Part shown: positions 53,869-64,000 of the stretch, piece after piece
Numbering within the stretch: position 1 is the stretch's first letter
How the letters are laid out: every line of letters begins with the position of its first letter
Source of the DNA: an uncultured Alphaproteobacteria bacterium
GTDB taxonomy: Bacteria > Pseudomonadota > Alphaproteobacteria > Rhizobiales > Kaistiaceae
Direction of reading: 5' to 3'
Assembly (NCBI GenBank): GCA_963843565.1
Contig: CAWJKY010000002.1
Span: 84,041 to 148,040, forward strand
DNA: 64,000 bases
Translations under genes and position numbers: made by a program
The notes under the pieces: generated by a model
The model's input: the letters and a program-made list of their open reading frames with translations, nothing else
Told to the model about the DNA's origin: nothing
The model's database searches: none

Positions 53869-54300
53869 CTACTTGAACGTGAGATCGGCGGGCGAGAACA
53901 GCACCGAATATGTCTCGCACCAGATGACCACGCTGGAATAGTCGGCGAGGTTGGTGCCGGCGGGAACCGGATAGCTCTGGCCGCCGTTTGGCGACTTCAG
54001 GACGCCGAGGTTGAGGCGCTTGGCGTCAAGCACGTCCTGCGACGTGCGTACTTTCGGGTTGGCGACCAGATAGACCTGAAGATCGGGACCGGGCGTGACC
54101 TTGAAGTCGGACTCCAGAGTGACGGCGTCGTCGCGGACGCTGACTGAGCCCTCGCCGCCGTCCGGGTTGCCCGGCTCGGGGTAGATGAAGGTGCCGGTGG
54201 CAACCACCTTCGACGCGGCGTCAGCCGCGGGCAACGCGACGCCCACGCCGAGCGCGCCCGCGACGAGCACCATCGCCAGTCCCCGCAACAAGTTGCGCAT
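53869..54300 (-). CDS. Secreted DM13-domain protein
   Basis: Signal peptide. GPDLQVYLV...LGVLKSPNGGQSYPVP...YSSVVIWCETYSVLFSPADL, the pattern recalled for DM13 domains. Confidence 0.7.
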   Translation of the reverse strand: MRNLLRGLAMVLVAGALGVGVALPAADAASKVVATGTFIYPEPGNPDGGEGSVSVRDDAVTLESDFKVTPGPDLQVYLVANPKVRTSQDVLDAKRLNLGVLKSPNGGQSYPVPAGTNLADYSSVVIWCETYSVLFSPADLTFK

Positions 54301-54389
54301 CGCTGTTCCTCTCCGTTGGGACGCTCCCGACGGGCACCACTTCAGCAACCGGGGCGCGATGGCGCAACGCAACTCGCCGTGACCCGGCG

Positions 54390-55622
54390 TTACTGCGCGC
54401 TTCCCTGCATCTGCTGGAGGCGGGCACGGAGCGCCGCGGCGTCGGGGGCGAAGTCTTCGTCGATCCACCACGCCTCGATGGCGCGGAGCGCCTCCCCGAT
54501 CGCAGCCCCCGACAGCCCTTGCGCGATGGCTTCGCGGCCGCCGAGCGGGAACGTCGGCGCGGTCCAGCGGTCCGGCAACGTCGCGGCCTCGCGCCAGGTG
54601 CGGTCGTCGGGCTCGGCGCCGCTCCACGCCCATGCGCAGAGCGCCGCGTCACGATAGACCTCGGGGCCGAGACGATAGAGAAGCCCGCGGGCGCTACGCG
54701 GCGATGGCGCCACGTTGAACGACGGCGCGGCGGCGAGGATCGCGCGGACGCGGTCGCGGGTCGCGTTGGCGAGGCGCAGGCGCTCGCTGACGCGGAGCGC
54801 GTCCTCGTCGACCCGGCAGGCGAGCACCGCCAGCGAACGCGGAACGCTCGGCGCTTCATCGAGCGCCATCAGGCGTGCGAACGCGCCGAGACAGGCGATG
54901 CCGCCGAGGACGATCGTCAGGATGCCCGCCTCCTGCATCAGCGAGACAGTCTCCGGCGCGCGCCGGGCGACGACCAGCCGGCGCATTTCCTGACCGATGC
55001 GTTCGGCTGACAGATCGCGCAGGCCGTCGCGACCGCGGATCGCGGCCGCGACGCCATCCGCATCGATCACCCCCACCCCGTATTCCGCATGGAAGCGGAA
55101 GAGGCGCAGGATGCGCAGGCGGTCCTCGGCGATCCGCTGGTCGGGGTCGCCGATGAAACGGATGCGGCGCGCGACGACGTCCGCGTAGCCGCCGACCGGA
55201 TCGTGCACCGTGCCGGCCGCATCGATGGAGAGCGCGTTGACGGTGAAATCACGACGGCGGGCATCGGCGAGCCAGTCGTCGCCGTAGCGCACCACCGCGT
55301 GGCGCCCGTCAGTCTCGATGTCTTCGCGGAGCGTCGTCACCTCGAAGCCGCGCCCGCCGACGACCAACGTCACCGTGCCGTGGTCGAAGCCGGTGGGGAC
55401 CGCCTTGAGGCCGGCCGCCGCCGCGGCCTTCATCACCGCATCGGGACGCGCGGTGGTGCCGAAATCAACCTCGGCGACGGGGGCGCCCATGAACGCATTG
55501 CGGACCGCGCCGCCGACCACGCGCGCCTCCGCCCCGGCGCCTTCGAGCACGGCAAAGACCCTGCGGACCGCGGAATCGGTCAGCCAGTCGGCATTGGCGA
55601 GGCTCGGCAGTTGGGCGGTCAT
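54390..55622 (-). CDS. cca: CCA-adding tRNA nucleotidyltransferase
   Basis: ARVVGGAVRNAFMGAPVAEVDFGTTARP...RRDFTVNALS...RFIGDPDQRIAEDRLRILR. Confidence 0.88.
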   Translation of the reverse strand: MTAQLPSLANADWLTDSAVRRVFAVLEGAGAEARVVGGAVRNAFMGAPVAEVDFGTTARPDAVMKAAAAAGLKAVPTGFDHGTVTLVVGGRGFEVTTLREDIETDGRHAVVRYGDDWLADARRRDFTVNALSIDAAGTVHDPVGGYADVVARRIRFIGDPDQRIAEDRLRILRLFRFHAEYGVGVIDADGVAAAIRGRDGLRDLSAERIGQEMRRLVVARRAPETVSLMQEAGILTIVLGGIACLGAFARLMALDEAPSVPRSLAVLACRVDEDALRVSERLRLANATRDRVRAILAAAPSFNVAPSPRSARGLLYRLGPEVYRDAALCAWAWSGAEPDDRTWREAATLPDRWTAPTFPLGGREAIAQGLSGAAIGEALRAIEAWWIDEDFAPDAAALRARLQQMQGSAQ

Positions 55623-55681
55623 CGGACTCCGCTGGGCCGGGGTTCCTTGGTATGATCACATCCATCCAATAAGGATTCTTT

Positions 55682-57445
55682 ATGCCCGAGGCACCCATTA
55701 CGACCCGGCGGCTTGCGGCCATTCTGGCGGCCGATGTGGTCGGCTATTCCCGCATGATGGGCGCCGACGAGGCCGGCACGCTGACCGCCCTCAAGCGCCA
55801 CCGGGAGGAACTCTTCGACCCGACGGTGGCGGCCAACAGCGGCCGGATCGTCAAGCTGATCGGCGACGGCACGCTGGTCGAGTTCGCCAGCGTCGTCGAC
55901 GCGGTGAAGTGCGCGCTTGCGATCCAGAGCCGGGCCGCCTCCGACGCCGCGGCACCGAGCATCACGCTGAGGATCGGCATCAACCTCGGCGACATCATCA
56001 TCGACGGCGACGACATCTACGGCGACGGCGTCAACGTCGCGGCGCGGCTGGAGCCGCTCGCCGAGCCGGGCGGCGTCTGTGTCTCCTCGATCGTCAACGA
56101 GAGCGTCGGCAGCCGCGTCGAGGTTTCCTTCAAGGACGGCGGCGAGGTGCAGGTCAAGAACATCGCCCGACCCATCCGCATCTGGAAGTGGCACCCGGGC
56201 GCCGCTCCTGCACCGGCGGCGAAAGCGATGGCGCAGGCGCCGGCAGCGCCCATCAAGCCGTCGATCGCGGTCCTGCCCTTCACCAACATGTCGGGCGACC
56301 CGGAGCAGGAGTACTTCTCCGACGGCATCAGCGAGGACATCATCACCGACCTGTCGAAGATCGGCGGGTTGACCGTCATCGCCCGCAACTCGAGCTTCAT
56401 CTACAAGGGCAAGGCGGTCGACATCCGCGCGGTCGGACGCGACCTCGGCGTCAAGGCGGTGCTGGAAGGCTCGATCCGCAAGGCGGGCAATCGCGTCCGC
56501 ATCACCGCCCAGCTGATCGAGGCGGAGAGCGGCTCGCACCTGTGGGCGGAGCGCTACGACCGCGACCTCACCGACATCTTCGAGGTCCAGGACGAAGTGA
56601 CCCGAACGATCGTCAACGCGCTGAAGGTGACGCTCACGGCCAGCGAGGCGGCGCGCCTTAAGGACGACGGTGGCACCGAAAGCGTCGAGGCCCACGACCT
56701 CTACCTGCGTGCCCGCGAGCTGCTCGGCGGCCTCCACAAGACCCGCGAGAAGTTCGAGCAGGCGCGGGGACTGCTCGAACGCGCGATCCGGATCGACCCG
56801 AACTACGGCGAGGCCTACGCCGCCCTCGGCCTCGCCTACGGCCTCGCCTACAACAACGCCTGGGTCGACGATCTCCCCGGTGCATTGCGCCACGCCGACG
56901 AGCTTGCCACGAAAGCCGTCGCCCTCGCCCCCGACAATGGATACAGCCACTACATCATGTCGATGACGGCAGGCTTCAGCCGCGACTACGACCGGTCGAG
57001 AGCGGCCGTCGACAGGGCTCTGGTCCTTGCTCCCAACGCTTCCGACGCCGTCAGCTCGCGCGGCGTCATCGAGATCTTCGCAGGCAATCCGATTGACGGC
57101 ATTCCCTACCTCGAGCGCGGCGTGCGCCTCGACCCGGTGACGGGAACCCAGTACCTCCACTTCCTTGGCCTCGCTTACCTGATGTCCGGCAACTATGAGA
57201 CCGCGGTGGCTCATTTTCGCGAGCGCGTCCTGCTGGTCCCGGAGACCGACCTGACGCGCTGTTTCCTCGCGTCCGCCCTCGGCCATCTCGGCGAGGTCGA
57301 GGAAGCGCGCTCGGTGTGGCACGACCTCATGCGGATCAATCCGCAATATTCGGTCAAGGTCCATATGGACCGGCTGCCGTTCCGCGACCCGGCCGGCTGT
57401 CAGCACATCATCGCTGGCCTCGCAAAAGCGGGCCTGCCGGACTAA
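55682..57445 (+). CDS. Class III adenylate/guanylate cyclase with TolB-N-like and TPR-like C-terminal regions (paralog 1)
   Basis: RRLAAILAADVVGYSRMMGADE...IVKLIGDGTLVEFAS...LRIGINLGDII...GDGVNVAARLE, then IAVLPFTNMSGDPEQEYFSDGISEDIITDLSK, then TPR-like helices. Confidence 0.88.
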   Translation: MPEAPITTRRLAAILAADVVGYSRMMGADEAGTLTALKRHREELFDPTVAANSGRIVKLIGDGTLVEFASVVDAVKCALAIQSRAASDAAAPSITLRIGINLGDIIIDGDDIYGDGVNVAARLEPLAEPGGVCVSSIVNESVGSRVEVSFKDGGEVQVKNIARPIRIWKWHPGAAPAPAAKAMAQAPAAPIKPSIAVLPFTNMSGDPEQEYFSDGISEDIITDLSKIGGLTVIARNSSFIYKGKAVDIRAVGRDLGVKAVLEGSIRKAGNRVRITAQLIEAESGSHLWAERYDRDLTDIFEVQDEVTRTIVNALKVTLTASEAARLKDDGGTESVEAHDLYLRARELLGGLHKTREKFEQARGLLERAIRIDPNYGEAYAALGLAYGLAYNNAWVDDLPGALRHADELATKAVALAPDNGYSHYIMSMTAGFSRDYDRSRAAVDRALVLAPNASDAVSSRGVIEIFAGNPIDGIPYLERGVRLDPVTGTQYLHFLGLAYLMSGNYETAVAHFRERVLLVPETDLTRCFLASALGHLGEVEEARSVWHDLMRINPQYSVKVHMDRLPFRDPAGCQHIIAGLAKAGLPD

Positions 57446-57498
57446 GCGGCGACCGGCGTGCTGGCGCAGCCCGCGAAATTCCAATACGAGTTGCAGTC

Positions 57499-59256
57499 AT
57501 GACGGAGGCGCGCACCAACTCCACCCGGCGTCTCGCGGCCATTCTGGCCGCCGATGTCGTGGGTTACTCCCGCATGATGGGGGCCGACGAGGCCGGCACG
57601 CTCGCGGCTCTCAAGCGGCACCGGGAGGAACTGTTCGACCCGGCTGTCGCCGCCAACGCGGGCCGCATCGTCAAGCTGATCGGCGACGGCACGCTGGTCG
57701 AATTCGCCAGCGTTGTCGATGCCGTCAAGTGCGCGCTCGCCATCCAGATGGCCGCCGCGACCTCGGAAGGGGCGCCGTCGATCACGCTTCGCATCGGCAT
57801 CAACCTCGGTGACATCATTATCGACGGCGACGACATCTATGGCGACGGCGTCAATGTCGCCGCGCGGCTGGAACCGCTCGCCGAGCCCGGCGGCGTCTGC
57901 GTGTCGTCGATCGTCAACGAAAGCGTCGGCACCCGCGTCGAAGTGACGTTCACCGACGGCGGCGAGGTTCACGTCAAGAACATCGACCGGCCGATCCGCG
58001 TCTGGAAGTGGCATCCCGGCAGCGCGCCAGGGGCGAAGGCAGCCGCCACCGCCGAGCCCAAGGCGGAACTCCCCTCGATCGCCGTGCTGCCGTTCGACAA
58101 CATGTCCGGCGATCCCGAACAGGAATACTTCTCCGACGGCATCAGCGAAGACATCATCACCGACCTGTCAAAGGTCGCGGGCCTGCTGGTCATCGCGCGC
58201 AATTCGAGCTTCGCCTACAAGGGCAAGTCGCCCGACATCCGTGCGGTGGGTCGCGAGCTTGGGGTCGGGGTGGTTCTCGAAGGGTCGATCCGGCGGGCCG
58301 GCAATCGGGTCAGGATCACCGCCCAGCTCATCGATGCGACCGACGGCACCCACCTGTGGGCCGAGCGCTACGACCGCGATCTTACGGACATTTTCGAAGT
58401 TCAGGACGAGGTCACCCGCACCATCGTCGACGCCCTCAAGATCAAGCTGACGCCGAGCGAAGCGGCGCGCCTCGCCGAAACTCCGACGACCAGCGTCAAG
58501 GCACACGACCTCTTCCTGCGCGCCCGCGAACTGATCCTGTCGCCGACGCTGACCCGCGAGAAGTGCGAACAGGGGATCGCGCTTGCCGAGCAGGCGATCG
58601 CCGCCGACCCGACCTATTCGCAGCCCTACGCCGGCTTCGCCGCGGCGCTCCTGTTCGCGTACGGCAACGCCTGGACCGACGACCTCAAGGCGACCCTCAA
58701 GCGAGCGGAAGAACTCGCGACCAAGGCCATCGCGCTTGATCCGAACGACCCGTTCAGCCATTGGGCGTACTCGATCAGCGCGCTGTTTCTCGGCGACGAC
58801 CAGGGCGCCTGGGACGCGACCGAGCGCGCCCTTGCCCTCAACCCGAACTTTCCGGGCGCCCTCAACGGCCGCGGCGTGCTCTGCCTCTACGCCGGACATC
58901 CCGAGGACGGCATCCCCGACATCGAGCGCGCCATGCGCCTCGATCCCGGCTTCAGCCAGCAGTATCTGCATTTCCTCGGCCTATCCCACTTCATGCTCGG
59001 CCACGACGAGACCGCCGCGACCATGTTCCGCGAGCGCATCCTGCTGGCGCCCAATACCGACATGAGCCGCAGCGCACTGGCGAGCGCCCTCGGTCAGCTC
59101 GGCGAAGCCGAGGAGGCGCGCAAGGTCTGGGCCGAACTCAAGGCGATCAATCCGGCTTACGATTTCGAGGAGCACATGGCCCGGATGCCGTTCCGCCGGC
59201 CAGAGGACGTGCAACGGCTGCGCGAGGGCCTCGCGAAGGCGGGCCTGTCCGGCTAA
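57499..59256 (+). CDS. Class III adenylate/guanylate cyclase with TolB-N-like and TPR-like C-terminal regions (paralog 2)
   Basis: ATG 57499 (MTEARTNSTRRLAAILAADVVGYSRMMGADE). Near-identical catalytic domain to paralog 1. Confidence 0.88.
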   Translation: MTEARTNSTRRLAAILAADVVGYSRMMGADEAGTLAALKRHREELFDPAVAANAGRIVKLIGDGTLVEFASVVDAVKCALAIQMAAATSEGAPSITLRIGINLGDIIIDGDDIYGDGVNVAARLEPLAEPGGVCVSSIVNESVGTRVEVTFTDGGEVHVKNIDRPIRVWKWHPGSAPGAKAAATAEPKAELPSIAVLPFDNMSGDPEQEYFSDGISEDIITDLSKVAGLLVIARNSSFAYKGKSPDIRAVGRELGVGVVLEGSIRRAGNRVRITAQLIDATDGTHLWAERYDRDLTDIFEVQDEVTRTIVDALKIKLTPSEAARLAETPTTSVKAHDLFLRARELILSPTLTREKCEQGIALAEQAIAADPTYSQPYAGFAAALLFAYGNAWTDDLKATLKRAEELATKAIALDPNDPFSHWAYSISALFLGDDQGAWDATERALALNPNFPGALNGRGVLCLYAGHPEDGIPDIERAMRLDPGFSQQYLHFLGLSHFMLGHDETAATMFRERILLAPNTDMSRSALASALGQLGEAEEARKVWAELKAINPAYDFEEHMARMPFRRPEDVQRLREGLAKAGLSG

Positions 59257-59546
59257 CCGCCGTTCGGCGGGCTCGCGGGCGGCTCCACGATCTGGCCCGG
59301 GACGATGACCCCGTTTTCGATGTGGGCGGGGACGTACTTGCCCCCCGGCGGCTCGCGGTCGAAGTGGATGAAGATCAGGATCGACCCGATCATCAGGACG
59401 GCGCCGATGATGCACAGCGTCGCCACCGTGCGCACCTCCCACTCCGAGACGCCGCCAATGCGCTGTCGCGTCGCCATCAGCCACAGGCCGTAGGCGAGGA
59501 ACGGCAGCAGGAAGAAGACGGCATCGACGGTCAGGAACCGCAGCAT
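59253..59546 (-). CDS. Small 2-TM membrane protein
   Basis: MLRFLTVDAVFFLLPFLAYGLWLM... The ATG overlaps the Nudix gene stop (ATGA). Confidence 0.6.
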   Translation of the reverse strand: MLRFLTVDAVFFLLPFLAYGLWLMATRQRIGGVSEWEVRTVATLCIIGAVLMIGSILIFIHFDREPPGGKYVPAHIENGVIVPGQIVEPPASPPNGG

Positions 59547-60184
59547 CAGATAAATACCTGCTCGTAGAGCTCGCGGATGATCCCCGCGGTCACGCCCCAA
59601 ATATAGCGATCCCCGAACGGCATCTCATAGAAATACCGTGTACGCCCCTCAAAGTGCCTTTCCGCCTTGTGGTGATTGGCGGGATTCATCAGGAAAGCGG
59701 CCGGCACCTCGAAGGCATCGACCACCTCGTCCGGGTTGACGGTCAGGGCGTGGCCGGGCTCCACCCGACCGACCACCGGCTGGATGCGGAAGCCGGTGCG
59801 GGTGAGGTAAGGATCGAGATAGCCGACCACCGAAACGAACCGGGACGCGAGGCCAATCTCCTCGTCCGCCTCGCGCAAGGCCGCAGCGGCGGGGCTTGCG
59901 TCGCCCGCGTCGATCTTGCCGCCTGGAAACGCGATCTGGCCGGCGTGGGCGGAAAGGTGCGCCGTGCGGCGTGTCAGAATGAGGGTGACGCCCTCCGGGC
60001 GGGCAACCGCCGGGATCAGCACCGCGGCGTCCGTATAAGCCGCCACGCCCTTGAGGAAATCGGGGTTGAGGCGATGGTCGCCCGGCACTTCGGAGCCCGC
60101 CGCGGGAAGCTCCGCATGCAGGCGCCGGGCGGCCGCGGCAAAGAAGCGGCCCGGCGCGAAGCCCTCGTCGGAAGCCTCCGCCAT
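59546..60184 (-). CDS. Nudix hydrolase, CoA pyrophosphatase-like
   Basis: Nudix box GGKIDAGDASPAAAALREADEEIGL, preceded by the HAGQIAFPGG pattern. Confidence 0.82.
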   Translation of the reverse strand: MAEASDEGFAPGRFFAAAARRLHAELPAAGSEVPGDHRLNPDFLKGVAAYTDAAVLIPAVARPEGVTLILTRRTAHLSAHAGQIAFPGGKIDAGDASPAAAALREADEEIGLASRFVSVVGYLDPYLTRTGFRIQPVVGRVEPGHALTVNPDEVVDAFEVPAAFLMNPANHHKAERHFEGRTRYFYEMPFGDRYIWGVTAGIIRELYEQVFI

Positions 60185-60381
60185 CAGCGCCGCTCCATCA
60201 CATTGCGGTGAAGGTTAATCGAATTCCGCCGCCGCGACGGCGGAACCGGTCGCCCGGCCACGCTTTCGCCTCGCTTGCTGCCCGTTATCGCGCTGTCGCA
60301 TCGCACCCCTCTCCCCTATTGCGCCGCGGGTGCGCGTGCAACAATCGCCGCCACAGCCGAATCCCGGAGCGCCGAGGCACC

Positions 60382-61395
<1,014 letters not shown>

Positions 61396-61402
61396 GCCGG
61401 AG

Positions 61403-62320
61403 ATGGAGCGGTCCGCCATTTCGCGGGGCGCGCTGACCGAGGCGAAGATCATCGCCGAGGCGATGCCCGATATGCTCATCGAGGCACGCCGGGTCGCCGC
61501 CACCGTAATCGCCGGCTGGCATGGCCGCCGCACCAGCGGGCGCGGTGAGACCTTCTGGCAGTTCCGTCCGTTCGTGCCCGGCGAGGCCGCCGCCTCGATC
61601 GACTGGCGGCGCTCGGCGCGCGACGAGCATCTGTTCGTGCGCGAGAAGGAATGGGAAGCCGCCCACACCATGTGGATGTGGGTCGACCTGTCGCCGTCCA
61701 TGGACTTCCGCTCGCGCCTTGCAACGGTCTCCAAGCAGAACCGCGCGATCGTGCTCACCCTGGCGCTTGCCGACCTGCTCGCCACCGCCGGCGAACGCAT
61801 CGGACTGCTCGGCGCCACCGATCCGATCCTCGCCCGCAACGGCGCCGAACGACTGGCCGCCGCGCTGCCGCTGGCCGCCCGCGACCCGCAAGCACCCAAC
61901 ACCCGGTCGCTCCGCCGCTTCGCCGACGTCATCATGATCGGCGATTTCCTCGACCCGTGGGAAGAGACCGAAAAGACGCTCACCGCCATTCTCGGCGCCG
62001 GCGCCCATGCCCATCTCGTTCAGGTCGTCGACCCGATCGAGGAGACCTTCCCCTACGCCGGGCGCACCGAGTTTCACGATCCCGAAACCGGCGCCCGCCA
62101 TCTCGTTACCCGCGCCGAGCGCTACCGCGACGAATATCACGACCGGCTGGCCGCGCTCCGCGACCGCCTCGCCGAGATCTGCCGGCGGCTCGACTGGACG
62201 TTCCTCATCCACCGCACCGACCGGCCGGCGACCGAGCCGCTTCTGGCGCTGCACGCACGCCTCGCCGACCGCCATTCCAGCCACGCGGCGCACGCCTTCC
62301 ACGGCGGGCGGGCGGCGTGA
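61403..62320 (+). CDS. DUF58 (vWA-like) protein
   Basis: GETFWQFRPFVPGEAAASIDWRRSARDEHLFVREKEWE...MWMWVDLSPSM, the typical DUF58 signature following MoxR. Confidence 0.82.
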   Translation: MERSAISRGALTEAKIIAEAMPDMLIEARRVAATVIAGWHGRRTSGRGETFWQFRPFVPGEAAASIDWRRSARDEHLFVREKEWEAAHTMWMWVDLSPSMDFRSRLATVSKQNRAIVLTLALADLLATAGERIGLLGATDPILARNGAERLAAALPLAARDPQAPNTRSLRRFADVIMIGDFLDPWEETEKTLTAILGAGAHAHLVQVVDPIEETFPYAGRTEFHDPETGARHLVTRAERYRDEYHDRLAALRDRLAEICRRLDWTFLIHRTDRPATEPLLALHARLADRHSSHAAHAFHGGRAA

Positions 62321-64000
62321 TGGGCGCCTTCGCGTTCGCTAACGCCGGGATGCTGGCGGCGCTGATCGCGCTGCCGGCGATCTGGTATTTCCTCCGCCTG
62401 ATGCCGCCCAAGCCGCGGCTGGAGCGCTTTCCCCCGACCCGGCTGCTGCTCGAGATCACCCGCAAGGAAGAGCAGCCGTCGCGGAGCCCGTGGTGGCTGA
62501 CGGCGATCCGCCTCGGCCTCGCCGCCGCGGTGATTTTCGCGCTCGCCGGCCCGGTCTTCAAACCGACCGGCGAAGTGGCGCCCGGTTCCGGGCCGCTGCT
62601 GATGGTGGTGGACAACGGCTGGACGGCCGCCCCGACCTGGGAGGCGACCATGGCGACCGCCCACCGCATCGTGGCGCTCGCCGCCGAGGAGAGCCGGCCG
62701 ATCGCGCTCATCGCCACCGCCGAACCGGCGAGCCAGTCGCTCGCGCCGACCGACCCCGGCGAAATCGACCGCCGGCTCGACGCGCTGGCGCCGCGCCCAT
62801 GGACGGCGGATGCCGCCGCGCTGGTGCCGCCCCTGACGACTGCGGCGCGGGCGACCGCCTTCGGCGGCGTCGCGTGGCTCTCCGACGGGGTCGGCGGCCC
62901 CGGCATCGACGCCCTCGGCAAGGCGCTGACGGCGGCGGTCAGCGGCCCGCTCCTCGTCTACACCGACACCACCACCGACCTCGCCGGCCTGAAGCCGCCG
63001 GTCGGCACCGCCGACGCGCTGAAGGTGCCGGTCGTGCGCCGCGCCGCGTCGGCGCCGGCCGCCGGGCTGGTCCGGGCGATCGACAGCAAGGGCCGCGTCA
63101 TCGGCGAGGTGCCGTACAGCTTCTCAGGCGACGAAACCGAAACGAGCGCGTCGTTCACGCTGCCGGTCGAACTTCGCAACGACATCGCGCGCGTCGAGAT
63201 CGCCGGCAGCCAGACGGCCGGCGCCGTCCAGCTTCTCGACGACCGCTGGCGGCGGCGGCGGGTCGGGCTTCTGTCAGGCACCTCGGCGGAAGCCGCGCAG
63301 CCCCTGCTGTCGCCGCTCTACTACATCTCGCGCGCCCTGCAGCCCTTCGCCGACATCCAGGAACCGCGCGACGCCAACGCCGCCAAATCGGTGCCCGAAC
63401 TCATCGATGGCGGCGCCTCGGTGATCGTCATGGCCGACATCGGCAAGCTCACCGCCGACACCGAACAGGCGGTTTCCAAATGGGTACAGAACGGCGGCGT
63501 GCTGGTCCGCTTTGCCGGCCCTCGTCTGGCGGCGGCGACCGACACGCTGATCCCGGTGCTCCTGCGCCAGGGAGACCGCGTGCTCGGCGGCAGCCTGTCG
63601 TGGCAGACGCCGCAACCGCTGGCGAGCTTCAACGACAAGAGCCCGTTCGCCGGACTGACCGTGCCAGGCGACGTGCTGGTCAAGCGCCAGGTGCTCGCCG
63701 AGCCCGACGCCACCCTCAGCGACCACACCTGGGCGGCGCTTGCCGACGGCACGCCGCTGGTCACCGCCGCCCAATCCGGCAAGGGCTGGCTGGTCCTCTT
63801 TCACGTGACCGCCGATACCAGCTGGTCGAACCTGCCGCTCTCCGGCACATTCGTCGAGATGCTCCGCCGAATCGTGGATTTTTCCAGCGGCACCGGCGCG
63901 GCCGACGCGACCAGCCAGCCGGTGGCGCCCTACAAGCTCCTCGACGGCTACGGCCGCTTCACGACGCCGACCGCCGACGCCGAGGCGATCGCCGGCAAGA
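62320..64000 (+). CDS. BatA-N-terminal double-TM / DUF4159-like protein (3' end beyond window)
   Basis: ATGA overlap with the DUF58 stop. MGAFAFANAGMLAALIALPAIWYFLRLMPPKPRLERFPPTRLLL...WWLTAIRLGLAAAVIFALAG. I translated this frame at its 5' end (62320 to ~62570) and over 63841-64000 (…WSNLPLSGTFVEMLRRIV…); both stretches look coding and contain no stop. The stretch between them is assumed open because no stop-terminated + ORF is listed there. The gene is absent from the ORF track because it has no stop. Confidence 0.8.
   Translation, partial: MGAFAFANAGMLAALIALPAIWYFLRLMPPKPRLERFPPTRLLLEITRKEEQPSRSPWWLTAIRLGLAAAVIFALAGPVFKPTGEVAPGSGPLLMVVDNGWTAAPTWEATMATAHRIVALAAEESRPIALIATAEPASQSLAPTDPGEIDRRLDALAPRPWTADAAALVPPLTTAARATAFGGVAWLSDGVGGPGIDALGKALTAAVSGPLLVYTDTTTDLAGLKPPVGTADALKVPVVRRAASAPAAGLVRAIDSKGRVIGEVPYSFSGDETETSASFTLPVELRNDIARVEIAGSQTAGAVQLLDDRWRRRRVGLLSGTSAEAAQPLLSPLYYISRALQPFADIQEPRDANAAKSVPELIDGGASVIVMADIGKLTADTEQAVSKWVQNGGVLVRFAGPRLAAATDTLIPVLLRQGDRVLGGSLSWQTPQPLASFNDKSPFAGLTVPGDVLVKRQVLAEPDATLSDHTWAALADGTPLVTAAQSGKGWLVLFHVTADTSWSNLPLSGTFVEMLRRIVDFSSGTGAADATSQPVAPYKLLDGYGRFTTPTADAEAIAGK

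Overview
High-GC chromosomal window with gene content typical of an alphaproteobacterium (Hyphomicrobiales-like; taxonomy is inference only). No rRNA, tRNA, CRISPR array, transposase or integrase was seen. About 60 protein genes can be supported. Most of 9-64 kb is housekeeping backbone: P-type ATPase, ilvE, a MarR/OmpR/EnvZ-like cluster, proC, lgt, pgeF, prs, rplY-pth-ychF, plsY, ndh, apt, petABC, three ABC exporters, trmL, hemF, cca, two adenylate cyclases and a moxR-DUF58-BatA-like operon. Several small accessory insertions interrupt this backbone. The outstanding feature is the first 9 kb. It holds a head-to-tail array of at least five paralogous ~1.91-kb units; the leftmost copy is cut by the window edge. 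Each unit encodes a signal peptide, seven ~44-aa PD40/TolB-like propeller blades with an invariant scaffold and patchy variable positions, and an FN3-like domain with a CxxxxxC pair. Each protein ends in a conserved tail (NPL-like motif, Gly/Ala/Leu helix, KARRRTA) that resembles a protein-sorting signal but matches no motif I know. Each unit also carries its own conserved upstream dyad (GTTCCAC-N11-GTGGAAC) and a hairpin after the stop codon. Other notable items: an unannotated 35-aa Lys/Ala-rich histone-H1-like gene with a TTG start, and a rhomboid-family gene in the ybjN-proC operon. There is also a membrane-protein/XRE-HTH cassette with a palindromic operator inserted between the methyltransferase gene and pgeF. 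An AT-rich single-gene island follows ychF. A PemK/MazF-like toxin sits beside a non-canonical partner, behind a promoter whose spacer is a (CCCCA) repeat. A flavodoxin-membrane fusion lies next to petABC. All function calls come from reading the translations; no database search was run.
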